Below, piece by piece: positions 1 through 10,936 of a stretch of 64,000 bases of DNA. The position numbers were made by a program, and so were the translations under genes. How positions within the stretch are numbered: position 1 is the first letter of the stretch; each line of letters starts with the position of its first letter. The notes under the pieces were generated by a model that was not told the origin of the DNA, did not search any database, and was given only the letters and a program-made list of their open reading frames with translations. Source of the stretch: Rhizodiscina lignyota (lineage: Eukaryota); contig ML978122.1 of the NCBI GenBank assembly GCA_010015805.1, positions 434,001 to 498,000 on the forward strand. Reading direction: 5' to 3'.

Positions 1-129
1 GGAAGGTGAGGCTCGTCGCCCGGCCTATCTACGCTATCTACCTACCTACTTCACGACATGGGCCAAGATGATGACGAACGCAGCAAGGGGAGTCAGAGAT
101 GGGAAGTGGGGTGATACGTTACCTGTGCC

Positions 130-785
130 TCAATCCTCCTCCTCGAAGCCGTAGCTGCTCCTCCATGGGCCCTGCTGCTGGGGCTGGTTCCTCTCCTCCT
201 CTTCCCGAACGTGCCTCGTGCTCTCGAACACCTCCACGCCGGCCCGGAACGCCACGTCCCTGAACCAGTCCTTACCCCACCACCCCCACCATAGGGTCTG
301 AACGCCACAGTCGTCGCCGTTCTCGTCGATCCCCTTCTCTTCCCAGACCTTTGCACGGTCGAACGCCTCCAACAAGTGGCGGCGCTCCCGGCAGATCATA
401 CTCCGATGGGCGCTGGTCCATCGACAGATCTCAGTCTGCGCCTCGTTCGTTCCCTCCCGGACCGCGCAGTCCATCCTGTGCAACAGTTAGCTTGATGCAC
501 GTGACAGAAAAGGGGGGAGGTGCAACGCCGTGGGGAGATGATGACTCACCTGTCCACAAGCAGCTCCTGCTTCCACAACGGTCCGGGCTCGTTCTCGGCG
601 TCGGCGGCGGCGCAACAATTGTCGCAGTAGATGAGGCCCTCGGTGAGTTTAAACTGCAACCAACCTCGGGTACTCTGGTTGCATCGCACGCCCTCCTCCA
701 CCGACTCGGTGCACCTGTCAAGCCCATCCTGACCCGCCACCTCGATGTGGCAGCAGCGGTGGATGTAAACAGCCTGTTTACACAT
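130..785 (-). CDS. Small Cys-rich hypothetical protein (2 exons, ~193 aa)
   Basis: Exon 785-550 (MCKQAVYIHRCCHIE...LLVDR) joins in frame to exon 475-130 (MDCAVRE...GFEED*) through a canonical intron 549-476 (GTGAGT...GCTAAC...CAG). No recognisable domain. Confidence 0.7.
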
Positions 786-814
786 ATCAGCGATTACTTG
801 TCAAGTGGCTGACT

Positions 815-1065
815 GTGTTTGTGTAATAGCGTGAGAGAAATTGATGAAGAGGAGTGAGAAATGTGTATGTGTATGTGTGTAAAGCGGGAGAGAAATGGAT
901 GTGGATGGGTGAGGATTTGATGGTTTGTGTGTAAAGCGGGAGAGAGATTGATGGAGATGGATGTGCCTTGATGAGATGTGTGAGAGAGATTGATGTAGAT
1001 GACCGAGAAATGTGTATGTGTCTCTGTGTGTGCTTGAAAGTGTGTGCTTGTGTGTGTATGTGATT
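815..1065 (+). repeat. TG/GA-rich low-complexity imperfect repeat, probably the C/A/T-rich leader of the minus-strand gene
   Basis: Nearly C-free on + strand; GTGTGTAAAGCGGGAGAGA occurs twice (~875 and ~926), GAGAAATGTGTATGTG twice, plus (TG)n runs. Confidence 0.75.
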
Positions 1066-4000
1066 CTTAGAGCAGAAAGAGCTGAGCAGTATTCTCTGAG
1101 AGATGTAGCAAAGTTCTGAAGAGGAAATGGAAGAGGACGAAGAGAGCCCTTTATACTGGCGCGGCGGCAGCAGACGTTGGACCGCGTTGGGAAACGTTGA
1201 GACGTTGAGACCCCCTCCCACCAGTTGAAAGAAGAATGATGCTTTAAACGGTTTCCGATACTCCATACAGATGCAATGATGAATGTAATAAGACCCATGG
1301 GAGAAGGACAGATAGCGATAATAGAGCAACGAGGCGATAGTGGAAGGCCATCCGCTACTGACTACGGAACAGACGCTCGTAGATGGTGGCGACAGCGGAG
1401 GTGGTGGGCGTAATGAATGTTGCATTGCACTAGCACCAAAGGCTTGATCCAGGGTATATGGATCATGATCTGATGTTAGAATCAAAATTCAGGTGACTCT
1501 TAGAGCTCGGACAACCTCCTCGGTTCCTGTGTCCAGAAAATAGGGCATGCTGTGAACCAAGAGCGAGGAGATAAACAGCTGATAGCTTAATTGAGAACAT
1601 ATACTGAACCATGAGGCTCACAGCGCAGTGGTTGTCGTACGCTGGCTGCAGTCCCGGTCCCCACCAAGGCAAGACCGCAGTGATGCTCAACAGCCAAAGC
1701 TCAGGAGGCCAGGTACTTTGCAAAAGTACATACCGAGAGCAGTGTAGAAGTTGCAGAGATGGTTTGGATTTTGCACACAGCTCAACAGCGGCGGTGCTAG
1801 GCCGCAATAGTCTTCCGCGGGCGTGCCATGCATGATTTCACGACGATTCCTGGCCCGTCTGTAGTCGTACGGAAGCCCAGAACTCTTATGCCACTCGTGA
1901 GAAAGACAAACAGGTCTCCATTTCATCTTGAAGGCCACAAGAAGTCCGAAAGGGTGTCTCTGGCTACAATGAAACCGCTGAAGGCTACCCGCAGTGACTG
2001 TTGGGATGCCCGAAACCCTTCTCTTCACATCGCTTAGCAATGAAAATGAGAAAGGAGACAAATACCGCAAGAATTCCACATCGTGCTTTACAGAAACATG
2101 CAGCTAGGCTCTACCCGGAAGAGACATTGAAGGCGCCGGATGCACCTTCCTCCACTCTCCCACTGCAGCCGCCGAAACTGCGCGAGACATACGGACTGTC
2201 AAGGAGCCTTCATTTAGGATCGCTTGGGAATACACTTACATTCACGAAGGCCCTGCATGACCAGTGGATATGAATTTCATTTCAACTGGCTGCAAATTCA
2301 GGGTCATACATACGCGAGCTCGCTCGTATTGGCACCTACCTACAGCCAAGCGGCAAGCCAAGCACGAACAATGCATCGCTGGCAGCCATCGCACTATGAA
2401 CGTCTAATTGAGCTCGAAATACTTCGCAGAGAGCCTGCTGCCTAGGGCGGCATAAAGCCAATTTCACATTGCACAGTCACACCGCAACCGCCGTCGCGGC
2501 CATCGGAACGGAGTAGCTGCGAGTCATTCATTGCAGAGAGGTCTGGAAGCAGCGGCAAACAAATCATCGAAATCGCGTGCGGTTGCGGAGCTGCCGCACT
2601 CGCGATCCGTAAGGTAAAGAGGGGATTGATCATCACCTGCAACACATTTATGCTCTGCTGTCGAGCCTGTCGAACAGGGACGAAGCGAACAGCGCCGGAT
2701 CGGCGAGGCGGGATCATCAATGTAATTCCTAATGCTCTTGCCACGAGCTCGCGAGCGCAGCCGGCCTACCGTATGTTCCACCCCGGCACCATTGGGATTC
2801 AATGCGCAGCAAGAGAACGCGAAATGGCCATTGACGCTCGACCGCTCTATTCGGACCGATAGGAGCCTACATCGTTTCGCTGGGATAAATGCGGAGAGAG
2901 CGCGTGGGGAAGGAGAACTAGTTAATGGGCAGTTAAGCTTGGCAGCGGCAATAGCAGCAGGGTAATAATGAGGCGGAATTTTGCGAATGGGTGTGGGAGG
3001 GTAGGGCTTTGGAGGTCGAGAGAAGTGCATGGAAAGCCGCGAAAAAATTGGAGCCGCAGGGCAAATCGCGATCCATGAATCCTATCCGCGTCGTTGGGAG
3101 CCCGGAGAAAGTTTCTTGAAAAATTGTCTTGAAACTGGCTCCTCCGCGACGAGTTGAATTGCCTGATCTTGCCTGAATCACTACAACCGTACATTGACGA
3201 TCTGTTGAGCCAGGTGCCGATTTTGGTGACGTGCAGCGGTAGCACCCTTCCCGCGGCGGGTAGATAGCGGCGCGGGGAGAACAAGGCTCGTCTTGGGCCG
3301 GGTCGATGCAGTGAGATCGAGGGATGAGCTGAGTTTGCGCCATATACAAGGAGATGGGAGGTTTGGAGGTTCACGATAGCCGGCGGGAAGGGCCTCCTTT
3401 CTACCAGTGTCCCACGCCGGAGCGGACAACGCAGCGAACGGAAAAGCGGATGCGGTTCAGATCGAACGGCGCAGAGCGTCCAGATGGAGCTGCTGAGTAG
3501 CCTTACGTTGAAAAGGGCGCTCACATGCACATCGCAGGCAGGGACCAGGGCGAGCGGAACGGCAGAAGCAAAGAGCGACGACATGCAACGGAGGACTCCG
3601 ACACTCCGGGGGCATGAGATGCAGCATGAATGAGGCGGACGGAGGAGCCATCGCGACGAGAAACTGCGCAATTACATGAGCATTATGGCAAGCGCGGCAA
3701 CGAGGGAAATGGTCTCGTAGGCATTCTTCCCATATGCAGACAATTACGCAGTCCTGGGCTCACTAGCGTCAACAGCCTACAGCCCATGTGCGTCTCATGG
3801 GTGGTCTTACAGCTGTACAAGTAGTCAGCTTCCTATCTCGCGCTGGAATAGCTCACATTTTATTCCCTCCCCATGGAAGATGACTATTGGAAGTCATGTC
3901 GGTACAGCGGTAGTGCGGGGCATTGCGCCAGGCGTGGGCTGGTGACAGGCGCGGGACGGGCAGACGCAGGACATGCAGCGGTTCGCATCGCATTGCCTTG

Positions 4001-7000
4001 TGCCACGGTTCACAGTTCACGTCAGTTTTTGCCTGTCGCTGCGTGCCGGCGTGCATTGTCTGCGCTGACCGGTAAACCGAAATCAGGAAGTAGAGTTGAC
4101 TCATCCCGAGGCGAAGTGGAGGCTGAGGGTCTGGAGTGCTCGAGGTGCGGCGCAACTCGCCGGATCTGGAGGTGCGTGGTGGTGGGCGTGGGCCGAAATG
4201 AGAAATTCAATTCTCTTTCTGTGCAGTTGTGTCGGTTACAAGGCCAAGCGAGGCGTCCACCGACAGCATACAGATGCAAGAGGGCGGGGAGAGGGCGTGC
4301 ATCGCAACGTGATCGTGCTGGCCAGGGTGCACGACAGGAGGCTAGCTTAAGCAGCTTAGCACATGTAGTCGCGTGCGTGTATTATAGAGACGGCAATCGT
4401 TCTATCGTGGGCCTTGTGGGCCATGGCAGAGAGCCTGAAGGGTAAGTATAGTGCCGGATAGGACGGATGGCTGAGGCAGCATTAGACTTGGACAATCCTT
4501 GGTTTCTTTTCCTGAGTGACACGGCAGACTGCTCGGAACAGGCTGGAAATGGCCTTGATGGTACCTCCTGGAGTAGCGTCTTGATATTTCGTGTGAGCCG
4601 AAGTATTGTCTCAGTCGAGAAAAAGTGTTTGCGAGTGTGCCGTGTCGCGGCTGAAAAGTGAAGGGGAAAAGCGTCTGGTTGTCGCACAAGGGTCGGAAAC
4701 GCCCGACACGGCTCGTTCGGGCGAGCATCACGACCCTCTTCGTCGAGCGAGCGATCTCGAGGAACGCATTCAGTCGTTCAGGGGGCACCCGTGCGGAAGG
4801 AAATGATGCGCAGAGAATGCAGGTCAGACCGAAAATTTGGTTTCGATGCAATAAGCAACGAAACGTAGCATATCTCCGGGGCCGGCAGGGAATAATGGGT
4901 GAATTGGAAGGAGTCACTTGGCCACGGACAATCGCTGGCTGGCGTGATGCTGCCCTTCGTCGCCGGGCGTCGTGATGCATCGTCTTGCAGGCCGCAAGAG
5001 GCCATTGGGCGCTTTTGTATCGGACAGCACCTGTGCCATCACACCGCCATCGATCAGCTGATGCCTTGCGGCGGCTAGGGAGCAGCGTGGAGTGGGCTGC
5101 GTCGCTTCGTCGGCACTGCGAGACAGGAGGCGTGAAGAGGCTCTGAGGGAACAGGCTCGGGGCCTTTCCCTACGCCCGCCAGTCAGAAGGGAGTGTGGGG
5201 AAGGTTTTCGCTGATTCGTGCCAGGTTTCAGGGTTGGTGCGTGTCATCCATCCCAAACGTGCCATGCTTCCTCCGCTGCCTCGTCATCCAGCCTGATCGC
5301 CGTTTGGCGATCGACAGCCCGAGCCACAGTCGGCCGGCAGTGTGCGCTAATGGGCAGCGCTTCGCACTCGCAAAAAGCACCGCAAGAGATAGCGGGTACC
5401 TGTACAGATTGGGGCGTTGCCAGGCCTCGGACGCTGAGGCGGTGTATGACGAGGCTGGCCGCGAGCAGGCGTCATGCATGATGGCGCGATCTAGACTTTG
5501 GCCTTGAGGGCATGTCGTCGCTATGATGCCACGATGCTGCAAGATAACGGCATCGTGAAATTTCAGAGTGCGGTGCCACAGCGTCAGGGCGAGGGCGGAG
5601 CGATTCGCCGGCGCAGTGCCAATGGGGTGGTCTGCGAGCCCAGTGGGACGGGTGGACGGTGGGATCGACAGGGATGCGGAGCGCAACCTCGAGGAAGGAT
5701 GCAGCGCGACCGAATTTAGAACATTCGCTGCAGCGCCGCCGCGGCCACGTGCAGCGCCGCTGGAAGTGGCTACGAGGCGCCGGCACCAAGCAGCGAGTGG
5801 TGACGAGGTGGCCGGAAGCAAGGAGTCGCGCGCGGACTAAGCTGAGCGACGGTGCAAGCGAGCTGCGGTACCTATGAACTGCCGTTTTCGCAGGCTGAAA
5901 CTGTCAAAGAATGCGGAGTCTTAGTCGCAGTCGTCGTGGGCGGGGAGCAGCTGATGGAATGGACGCGCTGCCATGTCATCCGCCTGCTGCCACTCACGCT
6001 GCTCAGGCAGAGCGCAGGCAGCGTGTACGAAGGCAGGCCGCCAATCAGGCGAATGCGACGTCGACTCCGGATGTGACTCGTCATTATTGCTCGGAATTGC
6101 CAATTCGCAGCACGGCGCGCCTGCTTTTTTGCGGAGTGCATACCATGTCAGCCCCATCGTGCCATTTGCAGTAGGCGGCGATCCGACGCGACTGGCTGGG
6201 CAGCAAACATACGAGTTGGCAAAGATACGCGGACATTTCAAGGATGGCGGAATGGGCTTAGCCTTGGGCCTTGTCCCGGCTACGGCAAGCGAAAGGCTGA
6301 TGACGTTTCGGCGGCGAAATATCACGTTTACCGTAGTTAGTTGGTTTTAAAACAGCCGGCGCGAGCAGCGAGTAGCATGCGCTGCACGGAGCGGGCGGAT
6401 GCTGGCTTTGTCACGGCGAGAATGGGCAGCGCGAGGAATGGCAGCTGCAATCGCTCAACGGGCGTGCAGCCTGCTGGAATGGGACGCTGGCCCTCGACGC
6501 AGCCGTGAGTCGACGCCGCTCGCTGCAGCGCGCCGCGTTGGGCGGCGCTGTTTGCTTTGGCGACGTCGTCGTCGGTGGTGAGGATGGGGATTGGCATTGG
6601 GATTGCCAGGGAGCGATCTGCCTGGCCCATGGCAGTGGCATGGGCGCGCTGGGACGGTACGGTACGGTGCTGCCTCTCCTTCACTGCCGTCTCCTTAGTC
6701 GTGAAATTGGCGACAGGGGAAACCTTCTCTTGCACGGCTGGCTATAGCCTCCGCTTCTAGCGCGTGCCGTGCCTCCTAAATTGCTCTGTCCCCTTGCCAA
6801 ATTTTTAGACGACCGAACTTCTTCGCCTCCTGCCCAACTCCAAACCCGCACCTCCTCACCGCACACTTACTTCTGCTGCCAATCCACTCTCCTTCAAAGC
6901 TCAGCGCGCGCCCAGTGACTCACGCCCGCTCCAGCTCCAGCACACGCCGCGGCGCAAGCTCGCCTCTGCCTCTGTCACCACCCGGCATCCCGGCGCCTTG

Positions 7001-7459
7001 CGTCACTGCTCCCGCGAATAATTGCATTGGGTACTGGGTACCTCGACCATTCTGCCCTACGAGCACGCACGACCACCGTCCAATCCGAAATAGACGACAC
7101 CTGCATTTTGCTGCAGGAAACGAGGCATCCCACACGCTAGACAACGCTGTAGCACCACAAATTCCTTTCCCAGCTGACCGCCGGCATTTTATTCCTTCCT
7201 TAGCCTCTTGGGCTGACTGACTGAGGTGCTTCGCCGCGTCCAACACCATCGCGCATATCTCTGCGCCGCACGCCAGACAGAAGCGGCCACCTTCCGGGCG
7301 ACTTTGATTTTGGCTGCTGCTCTCTTAGCCTGGCTGCTCCCGCCTCCCGAACGCCTCGCGCTCCCGCAATCCTTATGTTGGCTTAATCTGTTCTGAACTT
7401 CTCACATCAGTCGCGTCGCGTCGCCAACTCACACTCTCCCCCCACAAGGACATGGAGGC

Positions 7460-10400
7460 ATGACCACTCCTCACCCCCTCTCGAGGCATACCTCGCCCGA
7501 CGCACACCAACATCTACGACATCGTTCCCCCGGCGCCAAACCACCAGCGTCGCCTGCTAGAGCACCAAAGCAACATGTCAATACTGCAATCCCTCTCACG
7601 GTAACTCCAGCCACCGCTGCATCCAGCGCTTCGTCGAACCGGCCCAGTCCAGCCTTTCCACCCTTCAATCCGTTCACGATGCCCACTCCAAACTCTCTCC
7701 AGGCTACTCCGGACCTCTCTCCGACCTCTCTATCACAAGCACATATACCACCAATGGCCCTCTCCGAGCTTTCCACATCTGCCCCTGTTCATTCATATAC
7801 TGTCACGTCCCCCACGGCAATGTCTGAGGCTATTTCCATGGGTCAGAAGAGGAGCATCGTCCGGAAGGTCTCCCATAAACTCCGGCGTCGTACATCAGCC
7901 TCTCAAACGTCCCGGGACCAGAGTGCCGGACCAACTATGATGCGGCGGCGGAGTGACAGCAATAGGAATGTCATCGATAGTGGCGTCGAATTGGATGGCT
8001 ACGAGCAAGACGATTACTATAGTGCCAGCGAAGACGCCGTTGAAGAGTCGCATGACCTCACCGCATACTTTGGTTCCAGTCCCACGGGTGCCGGTCTCGG
8101 CATAAGTACTGGTCGATCAAGCATCAGTTCCGACCCTAGTGTGCAGCAAGTCAGGCCTGATGCACTCGAGAAAGGCACGCAATTGGTCAAGGTGACGAAG
8201 CGAAAACGAAAAGACATGCTCTTCCGCATTGAGTATGCAGGTGCGAAGCTGTGCTGGCACCCTTCGAATTCGTCTAAATGCATCTACATTGACGACATTT
8301 CGGAAATCGTTTTTGGTCAAGCGGCCGATCATTATTTCGAAGAGTACCAAGTGCCGAAGGAGGAGCAGAGCCGCTGGTTCTCCATCACCTACTCAGATCC
8401 CGACGGAACGAAGGGCCGCAACCAGAGAACAATTCACCTGATCGCCCCTGACCGGGATCTTTTCGAGAAATGGGTAAATCAGCTGGATGAAGTGTCGCGA
8501 ATGAGAATCGAGCTGATCAACGGTCTCGTGCGAGGCGGTGAAAAGAGTCTTCGGCAAATATGGCACATGGAGATGTCAAGGAAATTCGGCAACGCGGCGG
8601 CATTTGCCGTCGAGGAACAGAAGCTGGAGTTCGCCGACATCAGACAACTCTGTCGCAAACTCAACATCAACTGTTCCGAACAAACTCTTTTGTCCAGATT
8701 TTCCAAAGTGGACGAGGGAAAGCAGGGATCGCTCAATTATCCACAATTCGCGAAATTCATCCGGAAAGTTCTCGATCGGAAGGAAGTAAACCTCATCTAC
8801 AACTCGATCAAGTCCAACCCCGATGAACCTTTGGACAAGGATGCCCTCTTCCAGTTCCTCCAAGACGAGCAGAAAATCAATGTCAATGCTGATCCAACCC
8901 GATGGACACGGATATTTGAAAAGTACGCGAAGATGTCAAGGAAAGGCTCTGCGTCGCCCACTGCTGTTGTCCCCGCCAAACAAACGATCAGCCAACGAGC
9001 CTTCCAGCACCTGCTTGCTGACCCCGAAGTGTTTCCTGTTCTCCAGGAATGTCCTTCGCAGCCAAAGCTTGACCGTCCATTGAACGAGTACTTCATTTCC
9101 AGCTCGCACAATACCTACCTCCCAGCCCGGCAGTACTTTTCGACTGCAAGCGTCGAAGCTTATCGCTCTGCATTGCGTGGCGGATGCCGATGCATTGAGA
9201 TCGACTGCTGGGATGGAGGGCTTGGGAAACCTGAAGTAAGGCACGGCCCGTACACAACACCGGTAGCGTTCTCCGACTGCATTTCAGTCGTCAATCAATA
9301 CGCCTTTGCGACTTGCAAATATCCGGTCATCATCTCACTCGAGGTCCACTGCAGTGCAGAGCAGCAGCAGACCATGGTCGACATTATGAAACGCACATTC
9401 GGTGACAAACTACTGACCAAAGAGCTTGTTGAAGATGCTGAAGTATTACCGTCTCCAGAAGAGCTAAAGGAACGGATCCTTCTCAAAGTCAAGTCTGCCG
9501 AAGTACCAGAGGACCCAACGCCGATTTCCGAGAATCCTCCACTACAACGTCGAGGTCGTGGATTCAGCTCCCCGTTTGTCCGTCCAGTCATCATGGCATC
9601 AGAGCCGCAGACTATTGCTCTCTCGAGCCCACCCTCGATCAGCTCTCCAGAGCGCACAGGTTCATTCGGTCTCGGGACAAAGGGCTCTGCTATCTCTACA
9701 CCGCTCAGCATCAACAGCTCTTCCGAAGATAGCGATGCTCAAGCCCTCGCCTCGCCAACCAGAAAGAAGCACAAGACCAGCAAAATCATCCCCACGCTGG
9801 GTGAGCTTGCAGTGTACACTAAAGGCGTCAGCTTCCGAAATAAGAACTTCGAGTCACCGGAACTCCAGAGTTACAACCACGTTGTCTCACTCGCGGAAGG
9901 AACCTTCTTGGCGCTTACTGGCCCTAGTAAGCCATCGGAGTCCGCGAACCTTGTGGATAAGCACAACGTCAACCATCTCATGCGCGTCTACCCCGCAGGC
10001 AAGCGAGTCACGTCGAGCAATTTCGACCCGCTCACAAATTGGCGGTATGGTGTTCAGATGGCTGCCCTTAATTGGCAGACTTATGACTTACCCATCCAAA
10101 TGAACCGTGCAATGTTCGCGGGAGGCTCCGATATTACCGGCTACTCTTTGAAGCCGGATGACCTGCGGCCGCTAAAGGACGAGGATGACGAAGAAGCGGA
10201 AGACTTGCCTCGCCGAAAGGGCAAAAAGCTAGTGCAATTCGAAATAGAGGTGGTCTCCGCTAAGCAGCTACCTCGCCAGCTGTCAAGGGATGGGAAGGAG
10301 GTGCCAACAAATGCTTTCGTGGACCTTGAAGTTTACTGCGCCGAGGACAAGGCCAGAGGTGTTATTTCTGGCATCGGCGGTGATGACAAGTCAAGCGGCG

Positions 10401-10936
10401 ATGGTCTCACGGGCCTCGGAGCTCCTCTGCGCAAGCGTACTGTCACCATTTACGACAATGGTCACGATCCGGTGTTCAAGCAGAAGTTCTCGTTCTCAGT
10501 CGAGACACGTCACCCTGGCCTAATCTTTGTCCGCTGGGTTGTCCGCAACTCTGTGGACTCGACAAGAGACTCGACGAGCACAGCCCCTGTTGGAACCTAC
10601 ACTGCTCGACTGTCAAGCCTGCAGCAAGGCTACCGGTACCTTCCTCTTTTCGACAGGAATGGGGAGCAATACTTGCACTCTTCGCTTCTCTGCCGCGTCA
10701 AGGTCGACGAGCACATTCAGCTGGATGAGCCGAACAGTTCTGTACAAAGTCTCACCTCACAACCGTCCATAACTCCCAGCAGTCCTCCAACTGACGCTGC
10801 TCCCAAGCGTGGCTTTTTCACTCGCGTTCTTCACAGGACTCCCTCTGACCGCAAGAAACGAGACCGAGAGAACTCGCTCATCAAGGACGGCAACAGCATT
10901 GTTTCCATCAGCCGCACGACCTCGATCGATAAATGA
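7460..10936 (+). CDS. PLC1: Phosphoinositide-specific phospholipase C (delta-like: PH, EF-hand, X box, Y box, C2)
   Basis: Intronless 1158 aa ORF with X-box YFISSSHNTYL, GCRCIEIDCWDG, HG, IISLEVHCS, LPSPEELK and Y-box LMRVYPAGKRVTSSNFDP..GVQMAALNWQ, followed by a C2 domain ending GYRYLPL. The start could be a downstream ATG such as 7679. Confidence 0.95.
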   Translation: MTTPHPLSRHTSPDAHQHLRHRSPGAKPPASPARAPKQHVNTAIPLTVTPATAASSASSNRPSPAFPPFNPFTMPTPNSLQATPDLSPTSLSQAHIPPMALSELSTSAPVHSYTVTSPTAMSEAISMGQKRSIVRKVSHKLRRRTSASQTSRDQSAGPTMMRRRSDSNRNVIDSGVELDGYEQDDYYSASEDAVEESHDLTAYFGSSPTGAGLGISTGRSSISSDPSVQQVRPDALEKGTQLVKVTKRKRKDMLFRIEYAGAKLCWHPSNSSKCIYIDDISEIVFGQAADHYFEEYQVPKEEQSRWFSITYSDPDGTKGRNQRTIHLIAPDRDLFEKWVNQLDEVSRMRIELINGLVRGGEKSLRQIWHMEMSRKFGNAAAFAVEEQKLEFADIRQLCRKLNINCSEQTLLSRFSKVDEGKQGSLNYPQFAKFIRKVLDRKEVNLIYNSIKSNPDEPLDKDALFQFLQDEQKINVNADPTRWTRIFEKYAKMSRKGSASPTAVVPAKQTISQRAFQHLLADPEVFPVLQECPSQPKLDRPLNEYFISSSHNTYLPARQYFSTASVEAYRSALRGGCRCIEIDCWDGGLGKPEVRHGPYTTPVAFSDCISVVNQYAFATCKYPVIISLEVHCSAEQQQTMVDIMKRTFGDKLLTKELVEDAEVLPSPEELKERILLKVKSAEVPEDPTPISENPPLQRRGRGFSSPFVRPVIMASEPQTIALSSPPSISSPERTGSFGLGTKGSAISTPLSINSSSEDSDAQALASPTRKKHKTSKIIPTLGELAVYTKGVSFRNKNFESPELQSYNHVVSLAEGTFLALTGPSKPSESANLVDKHNVNHLMRVYPAGKRVTSSNFDPLTNWRYGVQMAALNWQTYDLPIQMNRAMFAGGSDITGYSLKPDDLRPLKDEDDEEAEDLPRRKGKKLVQFEIEVVSAKQLPRQLSRDGKEVPTNAFVDLEVYCAEDKARGVISGIGGDDKSSGDGLTGLGAPLRKRTVTIYDNGHDPVFKQKFSFSVETRHPGLIFVRWVVRNSVDSTRDSTSTAPVGTYTARLSSLQQGYRYLPLFDRNGEQYLHSSLLCRVKVDEHIQLDEPNSSVQSLTSQPSITPSSPPTDAAPKRGFFTRVLHRTPSDRKKRDRENSLIKDGNSIVSISRTTSIDK

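Noticed and set aside
787..1485. 232 aa and 165 aa minus-strand ORFs
   Set aside because: His/Thr/Ser translation of a low-complexity repeat; no gene-like features.
6295..6325. CTGATGA...GAAA resembling a hammerhead ribozyme core
   Set aside because: Stem II does not close next to the core and I see no stems I/III.
2524..6760. Many overlapping 70-250 aa ORFs
   Set aside because: Arg/Ala/Ser-rich on both strands, as expected from stop-poor GC-rich DNA; no domains.
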